DNA of 64,000 nucleotides from positions 69,998,001 through 70,062,000 of the forward strand of contig OX597828.1 in the NCBI GenBank assembly GCA_951406725.2, written 5' to 3'. The position numbers and the translations under genes are program-made. Under the pieces are notes generated by a model. That model was not told the origin of the DNA, did no database searches, and saw only the letters and a program-made list of their open reading frames with translations. Of this stretch, positions 1-15,861 are shown piece by piece (position 1 is the stretch's first letter; the number at the start of each line of letters is the position of its first letter). The DNA is from Octopus vulgaris. Taxonomy: Eukaryota.

Positions 1-1180
<1,180 letters not shown>

Positions 1181-1371
1181 TACATTAAAATTGTATGATA
1201 GATTGCCGTCATTTCATTCTTTCTTTCTTACCTGTCTGCGTTTGCCTTTCAAGTGCTGTGTTTTTACTGAGATCCCCCTTTTAGTAGAAGGAATAGCTAT
1301 ATCTCTTTGACTGCTATTTCTAAATTCGGTGTGTTGGTGAGGCAATTCGTTGCTAAACCCTTAATTACTTA

Positions 1372-1485
<114 letters not shown>

Positions 1486-1574
1486 CTGCTGCAATTTTTG
1501 CAACTTGTAATAAAGCCTGTCTTTGTATGAAACAATTGTACTAAAAACTAATCCATTCTTGTTGCTTCTTTCTC

Positions 1575-1633
<59 letters not shown>

Positions 1634-1644
1634 CAAACATATTT

Positions 1645-1709
<65 letters not shown>

Positions 1710-1804
1710 TATACACACGTACATACACACAAATATCCACGCATAGGTGTTGTGAGTATACAGTGTGTGTGTGTGTGTGTGTATGTGTGTTTGTGTGTTT
1801 GTGC

Positions 1805-1857
<53 letters not shown>

Positions 1858-2202
1858 AACTCCGTTCACCCACATATTCAGTTTCCCCGCCACCCGTTTG
1901 CGATACCTTGTATTGTTCACTACCCTCCACATTACACACCTGTACGATATTTAATCTGTAACAGGTATTCGAGAAATCGAGATAAGGTTTTCGATTCCAG
2001 GAGACAATAAGCCTGATTGTGGGGCTGTGAGGTGTGTGGTGTTGCAACACACACGCACGTGGGGAGACACACACACACACATACAGACTCATACCTACAT
2101 ACACACATACATACAGTTAAAGGAACGTGCTCAACAGAAAACGTGACAGGAGGATTTAGTGCGTGAAAGATAAGACCAAGGAGAAGGGGGGGGAGTGAGA
2201 TG

Positions 2203-2310
2203 GAGAAGAAGAAGAAGAAGAAGAAGAAGAAGAAGAAGAAGAAGAAGAAGAAGAAAAAGAAGAAGAAGAAGAAGAAGAAGAAAAAGAAGAAGGAGGAGAA
2301 GAAGAAGAAG
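2203..2310. repeat. (GAA)n homopurine microsatellite
   Basis: Direct reading; source of the poly-K/R/F/S ORFs. Confidence 0.95.
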
Positions 2311-2428
2311 TGGCCGGAGGAGGGGGAGGAGGAGCAGTACACACACACACACACACACACACATGTATGTATGTATGTAAGCACAGGCACACGTACTTAT
2401 GTGTGTGTATTTGTGTAAAAATATGTGC

Positions 2429-2502
<74 letters not shown>

Positions 2503-2528
2503 ATAATATATGTGTATATGTATATATA

Positions 2529-2560
<32 letters not shown>

Positions 2561-2592
2561 GTATATCTATCTGTCTCTTTATCTATCTATCA

Positions 2593-2665
<73 letters not shown>

Positions 2666-2766
2666 TTATATGTGTATGTATACACAAACGCATACATGTA
2701 TATAGATACAGACAGACTAGATACATAGATTGATTAATTGATACATGTTAATGTATATATATATAT

Positions 2767-2844
<78 letters not shown>

Positions 2845-2888
2845 ACACTTAAATAAATACAAACGTGCGCGCACACACCTATTTATAT

Positions 2889-2962
<74 letters not shown>

Positions 2963-3300
2963 TGGTGTTGTTGTTTCTGGTAAATAGATTCCTGACTAAA
3001 AATTCGGTCTGCGTATTGATTTTTGAAGCAGAGAGTTTCCCATCTCAGTTCTTCTTGTCGGGCAAGCGTGGGCGTGTGTGGGCGTGAGTAGAGGATGTAA
3101 CTACAAAGACCAGGTATAAATAGATGGAGACGAAGACGGATTGATATACAGTTATATATGTATATATACACATACATACATACATACATAAATATGTATA
3201 TGTGCTTGTGTGAGTGTTTGTGCATACAAACATACATATACATGTATACATACTTACATATACACACTGAGATATATATGCACACACACACATACGCACA

Positions 3301-3378
<78 letters not shown>

Positions 3379-3385
3379 TAGATAT

Positions 3386-3444
<59 letters not shown>

Positions 3445-3482
3445 GTGCAGGTATGTGTATATATCCATATATAATATATAAA

Positions 3483-3513
<31 letters not shown>

Positions 3514-3537
3514 GTATACATATATGTATATGTGTGT

Positions 3538-3581
<44 letters not shown>

Positions 3582-3711
3582 CGTGTGTGTGTACATATAT
3601 ATGTATGTTTGTGTGTGTATAAGGAGATTGAAGGAAAGAATAAAAGAAAGAAAAATACGGCTAGACTGTCAGATAGATCGATGGATCGATAGATTAATAG
3701 ATTGATTGAGT

Positions 3712-3815
<104 letters not shown>

Positions 3816-4387
3816 TGCGCATAGGACGTTGTCTCTGGTATAGGACACACAGAATGAGTGAAATAAAAAAAATACAGTATGAATAAATACACAAACAAAT
3901 AAATAGGGAGAAAATGGGGGGATGGGAGGCGGTGATGGAGGTTGGTCAAAATAATATCGGTGAGAAAGATGACAATTATTGTGGGAGCATAAAAATATTT
4001 TTCTGAAGAAAGTACGTAGAAGTCTGTTAATTATCACAAGTCGTGTACTAGCTTTGCCGTTTGCTTGTATTCCAGGCCCATCGTACCCTTATTTCACCCC
4101 TATATACCTACGGTAGATATACCTGCTGCTCTCGTTGTTTGTATGTTTGTTATTTTTTTCTCCTTCAACGCAAAAAACGGCGGCAATATTTCTTGGCTCT
4201 GTTATTGATCGATTTCTTTATCTCTCTTTGATCTACTGTTTGCGGGGGTGTTTTTTTTATCTGTATCTATATCTGTCTATGTATATTTATCTATCAAAAT
4301 CAGTCTCTCTGTCCGTCTCTCTCTCTCTCGCTCACGCTTTCTCTCTCTCACGCTTTCTCTCTCTCACGCTTTCTCTCTCTCACGCTT

Positions 4388-4419
<32 letters not shown>

Positions 4420-4582
4420 TATCTATCTGTGTGCGTGTGTAAGATGTGTATGTACAGTGTATATATATACTTATGCGTGTAAAAATAGTCAATCTGTCAA
4501 TCAATCAATCAATCAATTGATCTCTCTCCCTCTCCATAAATATGTGCTTCGATATACACACAATCTCTTTCTCTCCCTCCCC

Positions 4583-4594
<12 letters not shown>

Positions 4595-4614
<20 letters not shown>

Positions 4615-4668
4615 AACACGTACACACACATATACATACATACATACACACACAGATGCATACATACA

Positions 4669-4700
<32 letters not shown>

Positions 4701-5075
4701 CACACATGCATGCACAAACAAATACATACGTATTTGCATACACATACAAAAACACGTACATACACACACAGATGCATACATACATACATACGTACATACA
4801 TACATACATATATACATACACATACATACATAATGTATATACATACATACATACATACATACACACACATACATACATACATACATACATACATACACAC
4901 ATACATACATAAACACATACATACATACATACATACATACATACATACATACATACATACATACACACACACATACATACATACATACATACATACACAC
5001 ACATACACACATACATACATACATACATACATACATACATACATACATACATACATACATACATACATACGTATG
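4595..5075. repeat. (TACA)n/(CA)n compound microsatellite, representative of many such tracts (e.g. 9990-10285, 37050-38465, 61210-61745, 63000-63290)
   Basis: Direct reading. Confidence 0.95.
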
Positions 5076-5905
5076 TACACAATCTGTGTCTAAGGTTATA
5101 CACTTGTACACAGGAGTCGAATGTGTTTATGCCCGAACACATGCGTAGGGACATAAACAATATATAACATATCACAACAATAACATTACCGACACCAACA
5201 CCAACACCACCAGCAGCAGCCTACATCACCAGCAGCAGTCTATACACTACCAAAACCACTCCAACTACGGCCACCACCACCACCATCATCATCTCTAATG
5301 CTCTCACTTCTTAATAACAATGTCAGTTCCGTTTCTCATTCATACGATATCTTTTCTCTATTTTCGTCTTTCCTTCCGCCTTGTCTCTTCTTTCGTTCTA
5401 TTTTTACGTTGGTTCATTTTCTTCCATTTTATTCTATTCTCTTCAATATTCTTGTCTTTCTTTCATTCATCTTTTTCCTCTCTTGTAGCTGTTACCGCTC
5501 TTCCAATTAATTCCTTCTGTCAGTCTCTATTTATAATATTTCCAGTATTTTCTTCGTTTTTTAACTCTTCACACACACTCTCTCTCCTCCTCATCCTCTC
5601 CCTCTCTCTATCTCTCTCTTCCTCCATCATCAGTAAATTCTTTCCTCATTCATTCCATTCTTTTATTCACTGATTCGTTCCTTAATTCATTCGTTCATTC
5701 TTTCATTCAATTACTCTATTATTCATTTATCAATTCACTTATTTATTCCACCATTTCTACTCAACGGTTCCTGTCGTCTGCTCTTGTCGTCTGCTTCAGT
5801 CAATTTTCGGCCGCCATCTTATTCTCTTAGTGAACAACACGACTCGGCTTCTCAATGTTTATTTACAATTTACGTTCATCGCCATCATCACCAGCGTTGC
5901 TGCTG

Positions 5906-5951
<46 letters not shown>

Positions 5952-6071
5952 CACCACCACCCAAAACATCAGTATCATCACTACCAGCAACATCTATCTT
6001 CTACATCATCATTACTACCCTCATCATTATCGTAAACAGTAACACGACCGTCTGTCACTCTTCCCCCCACA

Positions 6072-6147
<76 letters not shown>

Positions 6148-6254
6148 TTATGTGTTTTTTTTTCTTTCTTTTTCCTGTCTAGCTGAATTTTTCTTGTCTT
6201 TAAGCACGTTTTTCTCTGTGTCTTTTCAACTTTTATCGTTTCTGTGTAAAATCT

Positions 6255-6299
<45 letters not shown>

Positions 6300-6864
6300 G
6301 GTGTGTGTGTGTATAGCTATATATATATATACAAACATGCACACACGTTTGTGTATTCGTGTGTGTATGTGTGTCATGTGCCTATGTATATACATATATA
6401 CACATGCATAAACACACAGACACTCTCAAACACACACACACATACACACGTGAGTTTTTTTGTCAATCGTCTATCGTCGCTTGTTTCCAAATCGCAGTAT
6501 ATTGATACCACAACCTATATCTTTGCAACATCAAACCACCCACACTGCACTTTTATCTCTCCAGACCTCACACACACTCTGACTGTAATTTTCACAGCTT
6601 TCCACACACTTATTGTATATTACACCACACATTACAAACACACACTTAAGAAATGATCCTCAAAAGCAAACATGTGTGTGTGTGTGTGTGTGTGCATGTA
6701 TGTGTGTGTATATGAGTGTGTGTATGTATGTAATGAAAGATTGTAAACGAAATTAGACACAAGGAACTGTGAAGATAGCCTTAGGACTGACTTTGATTCG
6801 TGGGCGCCAACATTGTCCCGCCATTGCCATTGTATTACGTTAAGAGTACAAACGTATAGCGTAT

Positions 6865-6949
<85 letters not shown>

Positions 6950-7369
6950 GTATATATATGTGTATATATATGTATATATATATATATATGTATGTATATA
7001 TAGACTTATAAAATTTCATACATATATATAAATACTGTACACACGTTCAAAGGCACATAATATAAACGTGTGACAGTGTGTGTGTTTATGTGTGTGTGTG
7101 TATGTGTGTGTGTGCGTGTGTGTAACGACTGAACAATCGGAAACATGATACTCAGAGTTACTATTCAACATGCTGCTTTTTCTTGTAAAAAAATATTCAA
7201 AAAACATTCCTCTTTAATGTGTGAATTGAATTTCATTTTCAACCTTGTTTTCAGAAAAGTTCATTAATTCATACACGCACACATGAATGTATAAACACAC
7301 CCACAAACACACACTCAAACACACATTTAAACACACACACACACATTTGTTTTTATGTTCAGCCAGAAT

Positions 7370-7589
7370 GGTTTCAAATGTTGGCACAAGGCCAGCAGTT
7401 TCGGAGGAAAGGCTGTAAGTCGATCACATCGACCCCAGTACATGACTGGTACTGTACTAAATTTATCGACTCCGAAAGGATGAAAGGCAAAGTCGACCTC
7501 GGCGGAATGTGAACTCAGAACGTAAAGACGGACGAAATGCCGCGAAGCATTTTGCCCGGCGAGCTAACGATTCTGCCAGCTCGCCGCCA
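7370..7589 (-). mobile_element. tRNA-derived SINE, family A (Meta-domain-like), older tail type
   Basis: Minus-strand head ggcggcgagctggcagaa, B-box-like gagttcacattcc, domain gcctttcatcctttcggagtcgataaa. Flanked by a 16-bp TSD with 2 mismatches (tatgttcagccagaat 7354-7369 / tatgttcagttagaat 7590-7605). Confidence 0.9.
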
Positions 7590-7753
7590 TATGTTCAGTT
7601 AGAATTTAAAAAAACCTATTTGATATTAATCTGAAGGATTGTTCTATACTTTTGTACATCACAGAGTTCATCTTCTTAAACAAGAATATCATTGATAGAA
7701 ACTTCCAAATTTCGGCCAGCTAAACCGTCATCGGACTACACACACACACACAT

Positions 7754-7784
<31 letters not shown>

Positions 7785-7942
7785 GGGAGAATTCACGAAA
7801 AAAACAAAAGACGAAGACAGGTGGTGTAGAAAACAAACAGATATATTAGTATAACGCTCGGGAATTGAAAAAGTCTTTTACGTTTCGAGCCTACGCTCTT
7901 CCACAGAAAGAAACAAGAGAAAAAATGTGTGTAGTGGCTACC

Positions 7943-7945
<3 letters not shown>
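7785..7945 (-). mobile_element. Short TA-associated element with minimal hammerhead-like motif (copy 1 of 4)
   Basis: Shares gggagaattcacgaaa...gacaggtggtgtaga...tattagtataacgctc with copies at 11019 and 50253 and partly 14560. Motif at 7874-7911. Confidence 0.8.
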
Positions 7946-8015
<70 letters not shown>

Positions 8016-8018
<3 letters not shown>

Positions 8019-9988
8019 ACATCAACATCAACTTCACCAAATAGTTAATTGAATCCCAGAATCTGCCGATACTCCCAACGTGAGAAACTATGTCTGTTGC
8101 GTGACTGTCCTTTAACTCATCTTCCGGGGACCCGACGCACTAACAGAAATGGGGCTCCAAGCCAACACACAAACCACAGTAAAAACTGGTCCAGTCTTTT
8201 CAGGAAGACACAAAAACAACAACAACACAACAAAAGCGGAAACGACAACCTTATCCAACAGTGTAACAACACCTCCAGTCAAAAACTGCTCCAAAATTCT
8301 TTTTGAGCCATGTTGAATCTGACAGAAGTGACACAGAAAGCTCTTTTAGCTATCACTCAATACCATCCTATGCTATTACCCCAGTGCACCAACCCCACCA
8401 CCACCACCACATTGCTGTCCCTAGCACACGATCAGAAAAAAGCCCCCCGCAACAGTCAAAACCTGCCACTACACTAACCTCTACATTTCTACTCGATGCC
8501 CAAGGTGTCAATCCCTCCACCGATGCACAGAAATGGAAGATCCTATTCATTGAGGATTGGGTTGGTAACTATCAACACCACACCCCTTTCTTCATTCTTA
8601 CCAAGACCCACTTTGACAACTTCCACTTGGAAGCCGAAGTGAAAGTGAAGAATTTCACAACCATCCGCACAGACTGAGTCAACAGATGGAAGGGTGGACC
8701 TGCCATTTTCCTACATGATCCTTTTTTGGTAGATGGAAATATGACATTCTCCAATGGCTACTGTGAATCGATCACCGTGAACAACAAAGCCAATGACCTG
8801 ATAATAGTAGTTGGGATGTATAGGCCACCTCAAACACCCATACTCTGCTTTAATGAATGCCTCAAAAGCATTAAGTGATATATTCAAGAGCGCCATTCTA
8901 ATAACACAATTATGATGGGAGATTTTAATCTACCCTGTGTTGATCGGTCTACAGACAGTTTGAAACCAGGCACTCCCACCTCAACTACTGACAAAGAAGC
9001 AGTAGAGTTACTTCTCGATTTTATGAACGCGTTTTTCTTATCCTAACTTGTCCTTGCATCAACAAGATATCAGGAGTTTTTAGACCTTGTGTTTAGTAAC
9101 CACACTAACACAATACACAATATTTGAGTGGAAAAAAACCCCCCTTCTTTCAGATCATGACATGGTTCTCTGTAACCTGAGATTCCACCAGCCAAAAGCT
9201 AACCCTAGTGACCTCTCTCCAGTCCATCCATTTGATGCCATGGATCTCTATGATGCCGACTGGGACGCAATCATAAACGATTTATCCCATGTTGACTGGT
9301 CTTTCACACATGCACACACCTCCTCCAGCATCAAAATATCTTAGCAGATCTTTGTAGACACTGTCACAAACATATGTGCTAAACACGCACCATCAAGACC
9401 TGTGATGAAAGGGCAGAATTCCCCAAAACAGAGAAACGATTATCAGAAAAATGAAAAGAACAAACAAAAGAAATTAACAAACTAAAATACTGCCAACAGA
9501 CACACATAAATTCGACAGCTATCACCCTGCTCGAATAAAAAAATATAACCTCCAACAATGCATGAAGATCATCATGCAAAGAAAGGCTGTGGAGAAATGG
9601 AGCGTTGGGAGAATCAAGCACAACCCCAAACAAGGTCACTGTCTCCACTGTTGACCCTCTAAATGATGAAAATGGCAATCTCCAAGATAATGCCAAAACC
9701 AGGAGTGATATACTGCAGAAACAGTACTGCTCTGTTTTTAGCAATCCTGTTGTGGCCGATCTGGACTGTATCAGTGATGTTGATCCTCAACGCACTCTGT
9801 CGGATATAACGTTTGGTTCAATAAACGAAATTACACACAATTCAGCAGCAGACCCTAATAGGTTCCCTGCTTGTGTCCTCAAGATGTGTCGACACCAACT
9901 TGCATCTCTTCTTGCTGGTCTGCGGAGGAACTCACTGGATGCTGGTTACCTTCCTGTCCCAGTTTTCAAAAAGGGAAACAAGTCCCTT
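8016..9988 (+). pseudogene. Decayed CR1/L2-group LINE: ORF1 Cys/His finger, APE endonuclease and start of RT
   Basis: PRICRYS..CLLRDCPLTHLPGT; APE motifs VVGMYRPP, MMGDFNLP, LDLVFSN, LLSDHDMV; pre-RT SAADPNRFPACVLK...VPVFKKGNKS. Many stops and frameshifts; truncated by (TGTA)n. Confidence 0.85.
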
Positions 9989-10111
9989 GTATGTATGTAT
10001 GTATGTATGTATGTATGTATGTATGTATGCATGCATGTATGTATGTATGTATGTATGTATGTATGTATGTATGTATGTATGTATGTTTGCATGTATGTAT
10101 GTGTATGTATG

Positions 10112-10145
<34 letters not shown>

Positions 10146-10916
10146 TGCATGCATGCATGCATGTATGTATGCATGTATGTATGTATGCATGTATGGATGT
10201 ATGTATGGATGTGTGTATGCATGTATATATGTATGTGTATCTATGTGTGTATGTATGTACGTGTGTTTGTATGCATGTATGCATGCGATCACTTGGAAGT
10301 CTGACATGTGGCACCCACATGTGCATCTGTACAGACAACGTCGATTTGGTGGAGAAAACGATCTAATGTACATAAACAATCCTCTACGCTGGTTGTTAAG
10401 CAAGGAATTGCCGAAACCCCATTTCACGTTTACGACGCGATCGTCCATCATACACCAACGCATTATTCTAAAATCGTGATGTATATTTACCGCACAATTT
10501 TATTTTATCATCATTAGGAAAGCAATCGAACTCCATCTATAATTATATATGATTCAATTTACTCCATTAATATATTTATATAATTATCTCTATAATTGAA
10601 TTGCATTTTCTATATCTAAATTATTTATACGTGTCTGTTTAACAAATATATGCACGCATATTTTATACACACACATATTAATTGCTGCTAGGGACACCGT
10701 ATTTCGTTTTGCAACCATAATATATAACCAAATACATTGAAGGTTTATAAGTCAATGCCGCGTCCTACGCTGTGTTAGCAGTGCGATTTAAATTACTTTT
10801 AAGTTATTACCTCTACAGATTTTCAATGCAATTTAGAGCTAGCATCATAACTGTCACAACTGAATCTAAATTTTATAGCAAATTTGTGGAGATAACTTAA
10901 AAGTTACATACATACA

Positions 10917-11221
<305 letters not shown>

Positions 11222-11223
<2 letters not shown>

Positions 11224-11326
11224 GAGGGGTGTATGAAAAGTCTTAAGCCTCAGAAAAAGAAAACATGGTACAAGACTTCAAGGCTCAAAGGCCTTGAAGA
11301 CTCAAAACGTTTCATATACCCCTCGT
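11222..11326. mobile_element. Tc1/mariner-derived MITE (~105 bp)
   Basis: TIRs acgaggggtgtatgaaaagt / acgtttcatatacccctcgt (2 mismatches in 20) in a TA context. Confidence 0.7.
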
Positions 11327-11989
11327 ATATATTCGTACATCCACCCTGTATTGTATTGTTCGATCGAGCTCTAATTCTCCGCAAAATATGCGGGTGTCAC
11401 CGATAAACGAAGTTCTCAGTCTTATCGTTAAAGGTACGAAACTGAGTATTAGTATTTTGGTCGATAACTGATGAAGAATTAGGGTCCTTCTTTCGGCTGG
11501 TTATTCGATGCAGTCTGCACCCGATATATATTGTAAGCCACAGAACAGCCACGTTGAAGTGGCGATAAACATTACTTCTCAGTAAACTACTTTGATCCCT
11601 TGAAGAGATTTTCTAAATAGCAATGTGTGTATGTGTGTGTGTGTGTTTGTGTACTTCAGCACGTGCACAGACAAGCTTTACCGACGGAGGCCCTAGGCTT
11701 TGTGTACAGGGTGTGACCGAAAAGCATTGATACATAGTTTCTTTAGACAAAGTCTTATTCAATCTGCAGAAGAGAGAAAAAAGAACGAATACCAGTGATA
11801 TTTCATGTATCCAGACTTTGGTGGTTTCTCTGTATAATTAAAAACAGTCATGAAATGTTTGGTCTTCTGAAAGCATTTCCAATTTCTAGTTAAATTATAA
11901 ACTTAAAATGTTTTAAATTTGCTGCGCTCTTGCAATTACGTATTTGATTTTCTTTGTGACAAATTAAAACCATTAGAGAGGTGTTTGGT

Positions 11990-12700
11990 GTTTCTAACAG
12001 AATTGTGTCAATGTTATTGTCCAGGCATCGCCGATATGCAATAGAACTGTATCAATCCAACCTTCAAAAGAAACACTTCAATTCTTCCATCGAATGTACA
12101 ATTACATTAAAATAAAATTTACCTGATGTTCCGCATGCAAATTGCTGTCTTTCTTTGAAAGCATTTCCAAAGTTTGCAATACCTTATCCAAGATAACAAG
12201 ATCCTGTAAAGTTAAAGAGTCGAGCTCTTCAGATGGTATATGTATGATTGCGAAGCTAAGGTAACTAACAAGCAATACTTTAGTTTTTTAACCCACTGAT
12301 TTTTAGGCTCATATTTAAGGTTGTACTATTGAAACTTAGTAATCTTTTAAATACCAAAAGATTTTAAATTGCTGTATGGCTAGCGGAAGTTAATGAAAAA
12401 CTTTTTCAATGCGAAATCGCTTACTTCCCACATTCGGATAGCCCGTCTTCTAGAAGAAATATACGCATAGTATGATCCACAATAACAGATTATGTGAAGT
12501 AGATAGCAAAGTATAATGCATTTAGTAGAGTGCAATAGTGTCTCCATGATGTACGACTATAGACGTCTCAAAACCATTAATATTACCAGACGTACTAATA
12601 CAAACATTGGTATTAGTGTAGAAGAATACAACGGCGTTAATGAATGAATTTGGCCGTTCAAAGAGACTTGGGAAATCTTAAATTACTGCTTTGTTTACGC
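11990..12700 (+). pseudogene. Very degenerate integrase-like (Ginger/KRBA2-type) transposase fossil
   Basis: Fragments in expected order across frames: CSACK (zinc-finger CxxC), SRALQMVYV, KNFFNAKSLTSHIRIARLLEEIYA*YDP, SVEEYNG. Catalytic residues are not clearly retained. Confidence 0.3.
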
Positions 12701-13138
12701 AATCAAATGCTATAGAAAAGACCACAAAAGTCACCACAAAATTGTGTTTTATGGAACTGCAGGCGTTGATACATAGACTTAATGGCAGAATTAATTTAAT
12801 CTGATTCCTCTTTGGTCTAATGCCAAGACAAAAAGTTAGAATTAATTTATCCATTCTTAATCTCAGACTCGATTAAAGAATTTTACACTGGTACACTAGA
12901 CTGATAATCTTCTTTGACTTTCAACAAGACATGTGTTTCTTTTCTTTGGGATTGCGACTAATATTACAGGCCTTCGTTATTTTTACAGTGGATCCTTCTC
13001 AATGATTATGGGATCTATTATTGGTAAGAGAAGTTTGGCACAGGGGAAATTTTAAAATAAATCTGACGGAATTTTCGTCTCGCACGATCAAAATTTTCAC
13101 AAATATTTTCGCTTGTATCTTCCTTCAAATTCTCTTCA

Positions 13139-13172
<34 letters not shown>

Positions 13173-13184
13173 GCGCGCGCGCGG

Positions 13185-13360
13185 TGGATCTCCGGTATTC
13201 GACAACGCAGATTCAGTTGTTCAGTGAACAAAATTACCTGCTCCTGAATTAAGTTGTAAGTGGCTGAGTATTCCATTGACATGTATACACTAACCGTAAT
13301 TCTGTGGCAGAAACAGTGTGTGTGTGTGATAAGGCTATACCTTCTGAATTACAGGTACCT
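13185..13360 (+). mobile_element. Diverged copy of the SINE/RTE-type tail also seen at 44285-44470
   Basis: cctgctcctgaattaagttgtaagtggctgagtattcca...tgaattaca aligns with cctgctcttgaaattaacatccaagtgtctcggcactcca...tgaattaca. Confidence 0.55.
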
Positions 13361-13489
13361 CCCACCCAACAGGCCTTTACACAGATCCGTCTACTCAGTT
13401 TCATTCACAAGGAGTGGGTCGATGGGAAGCGATATAATATGGCATTTGGAAAAAGAAATGAATTTCCTTAATATGTAAAGCATGGCCTC

Positions 13490-13900
13490 GACGGCACAGG
13501 CTTTCTTCCCAGCTCGAGCCAGCGGGGTTAGACCGAGGGGACGGTAGAAGGCCGGACGATGTGACAATTTTCCTCTTCCGTGGCGGCATGTCCCTACGTC
13601 TGGGATGCCACATTCTGTAACACCCTCTCCAGCGACAACTTGGTGTTGTCAGTCATCAACCCAGGCACCATTGCTCGTCAAGCAAACTGTCAAGGTATCA
13701 GTCATCTCCGACAGGTTTATGGTCGAGCCTGTAGCAGTCGAAACCTCCGACGTTCTTGGTCCCCGGACCACATCACTGTTCACTGCTATCGGGATGGAGA
13801 TTTGCTGTCCGTAAGTGCGCACCCTGTGTTCCATCACGTCTCCCATGCCATACTCCTCCAGGGCAACGCCTTTCTCATTTTATCTGCTGGTGCCATGGGA
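13490..13900 (+). pseudogene. 3' fragment of a CRE-clade non-LTR retrotransposon (restriction-like endonuclease domain)
   Basis: Frameshifted translation QLEPAGLDR..GRRPDDVTIF..VWDATFCNTL...EPVAVETSDVLGP...VSHAILLQGNA matches the RPDG..WD.T..DT / P.A.ET.G..G / S.AIQRGNA signature. Confidence 0.8.
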
Positions 13901-14023
13901 AATGTTTCTACATTGCAAGAGGTAAGATTCTTCGTTAAGTGCTCGACTTAATCTTCTATTCTTCAAAAGAATCGTCTTAATTAAATAGGTTTGAAGAGTT
14001 TATTTATTAATATATATATATTT

Positions 14024-14205
14024 TTTACTTGTTTCAGTCATTAGACTGCGGCCATGCTGCAGCACCGCCTGGAAGTATTTTAGTGGAAGAATCGACCCAG
14101 TACTTATTTACTTTCTTAAACCTGGTACTTATTCTACTAGTCTTTTTCGCCGAACCGCTAATAACATAAACACACCAACACCGGTTGTCAAGCAGTGGTG
14201 GAAGA
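14024..14205 (-). mobile_element. SINE family B (CORE-like), 3' half
   Basis: ttgtttcagtcattagactgcggccatgctg...aaacacaccaacaccggttgtcaag is shared with more than 10 other copies. Confidence 0.85.
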
Positions 14206-14487
14206 GAAGCACACATACATACATAGACACACACACATCACACACGCGTACAATTCATACACACGCACACTTCACACACACGTATATGAAAGGAAAATGA
14301 ACGTTTTCCTCTAGTATATACCTGCTGACTCGGAAGCCAACAACGGATCCCTATCTCCGGGCTCAGCTGTGAACTTGGAACCTAAGAGATGACTAATTAT
14401 AGCACTAACGCAGCGTACTTATTCGTTTAGATCACCACCAGTGAACTAAACTCCTCATATTCTCTCTTTATACACACACACACACAT

Positions 14488-14545
<58 letters not shown>

Positions 14546-14559
14546 CTCAAATTTACCTA

Positions 14560-14665
14560 AAACAAGCAGAGTGTATTAGTTTAACGCTCAGGAAAAATTG
14601 AAAAGTATTTTACGTTTCGAACCCATGCTCTTCGACAGAAAGGATTAAGAGGTAAAAAACTGAAG
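14560..14665 (-). mobile_element. Diverged TA-associated element with minimal hammerhead-like motif (copy 3)
   Basis: Motif 14606-14643, minus strand: ccttt-CTGTCGA-a-gagc-atgg-gttc-GAAAC-GTA-aaa. Confidence 0.7.
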
Positions 14666-15861
14666 CTAATCTTGGTGGTCATAACCGACGGAGTGCTGTA
14701 AATGTATGCAAGTGTGTATATAATACATATTTGTGTGTGTATATGAAAAATTGCAATAAACAGTTTATATCATTTGTTCGTACGCAGGTTTCAACACACA
14801 AGTTGTTTGGATCTCAGTATCGGATGTTCCAAGAGCAGCTGAATCCTTAACCACAACGGATTATCTGGGCAACACTTTTTTTCACAACGGTGAAACGTAT
14901 GTAGGAAAAAATAAATTTGTGTTTATTACATTTTTCTCACGTTTGCTCCTTATATTATAACTAGGACTACTAGTAAAGTATAGTAGTTGTTTGACTGTTA
15001 TACTGGTAACAGACTGGACGATGATAATCTACGCGGAACTCCATAGTAGCAGCCGAGAATCCATCTGTACACACAAGATACACTGTGTGTGTGTGAGTGT
15101 ATGCGTGTGTGTGTGTGTGTGTGTGTGTGTGCTTCTGAATGCTTCTACATCTCGCTGATATTGATATTTAATTGTGCAGTGCAGCAAAGCTTTGATTGAC
15201 CACCAAGATTAGTTTCATTCTTTAAAATAAAAAAACAGCAACCGCAAAATTCCCATCTCTTCTTCCTCACCCATCTCCCCCCTTTCTTCCCAATCCGTTA
15301 CTCTCCCCCCTCACGCCTTCCCTCCCTCCCTCCCTCTCTCCCTCACCCCATCTATCCGACCAACTTGACTGGCAGACGGCTTGTTACTCATGGAAGACAG
15401 ACTGTCGTGATTTGCACACAAGTTTGAGCAGAACTTAATCCCGTAAAACCCAGAACGTCTTAGAATTGTTGCCATTCTCCACACCAACTACCAAAGATAC
15501 TGTCATTTCAAGAATTATTCCAACCACAGACGTTGTTTTTCTGACTTACTTCTTTATCCTAGAGTTCACCAAGGAAGAAGCCATTATATGTGAAGATATT
15601 AGAACCGTCTAGACTGTCTGCTACAAGATGTCTTAAGATCTGATTGTCTATTTTACCATTTCCTAGTGTAAGTAATATTGTATTTATATTAAATTACGAT
15701 TTGATACTCCCACAAGATGTTTTAAGACATGGTGTGGGTGTATCAACCAGAATATATAATTCGGTACTTATATAGAATTACTTCTTGATACGACCACATT
15801 TGTCAAAACACGCTTGTCTTTATTACCATATTCTAGCGCAAGTAATTTTATATCTATGTTG

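Noticed and set aside
3060-3130. GGGCGT boxes plus TATAAATA as a promoter
   Set aside because: No Inr at the proper spacing and only microsatellite downstream.
7370-7589. tRNA genes suggested by A/B-box-like heads
   Set aside because: They are SINE heads with long conserved bodies, tails and TSDs, and no complete cloverleaf.
11468-11500. CTGATGA followed by a short hairpin
   Set aside because: No downstream GAAA or NUH, so not a hammerhead.
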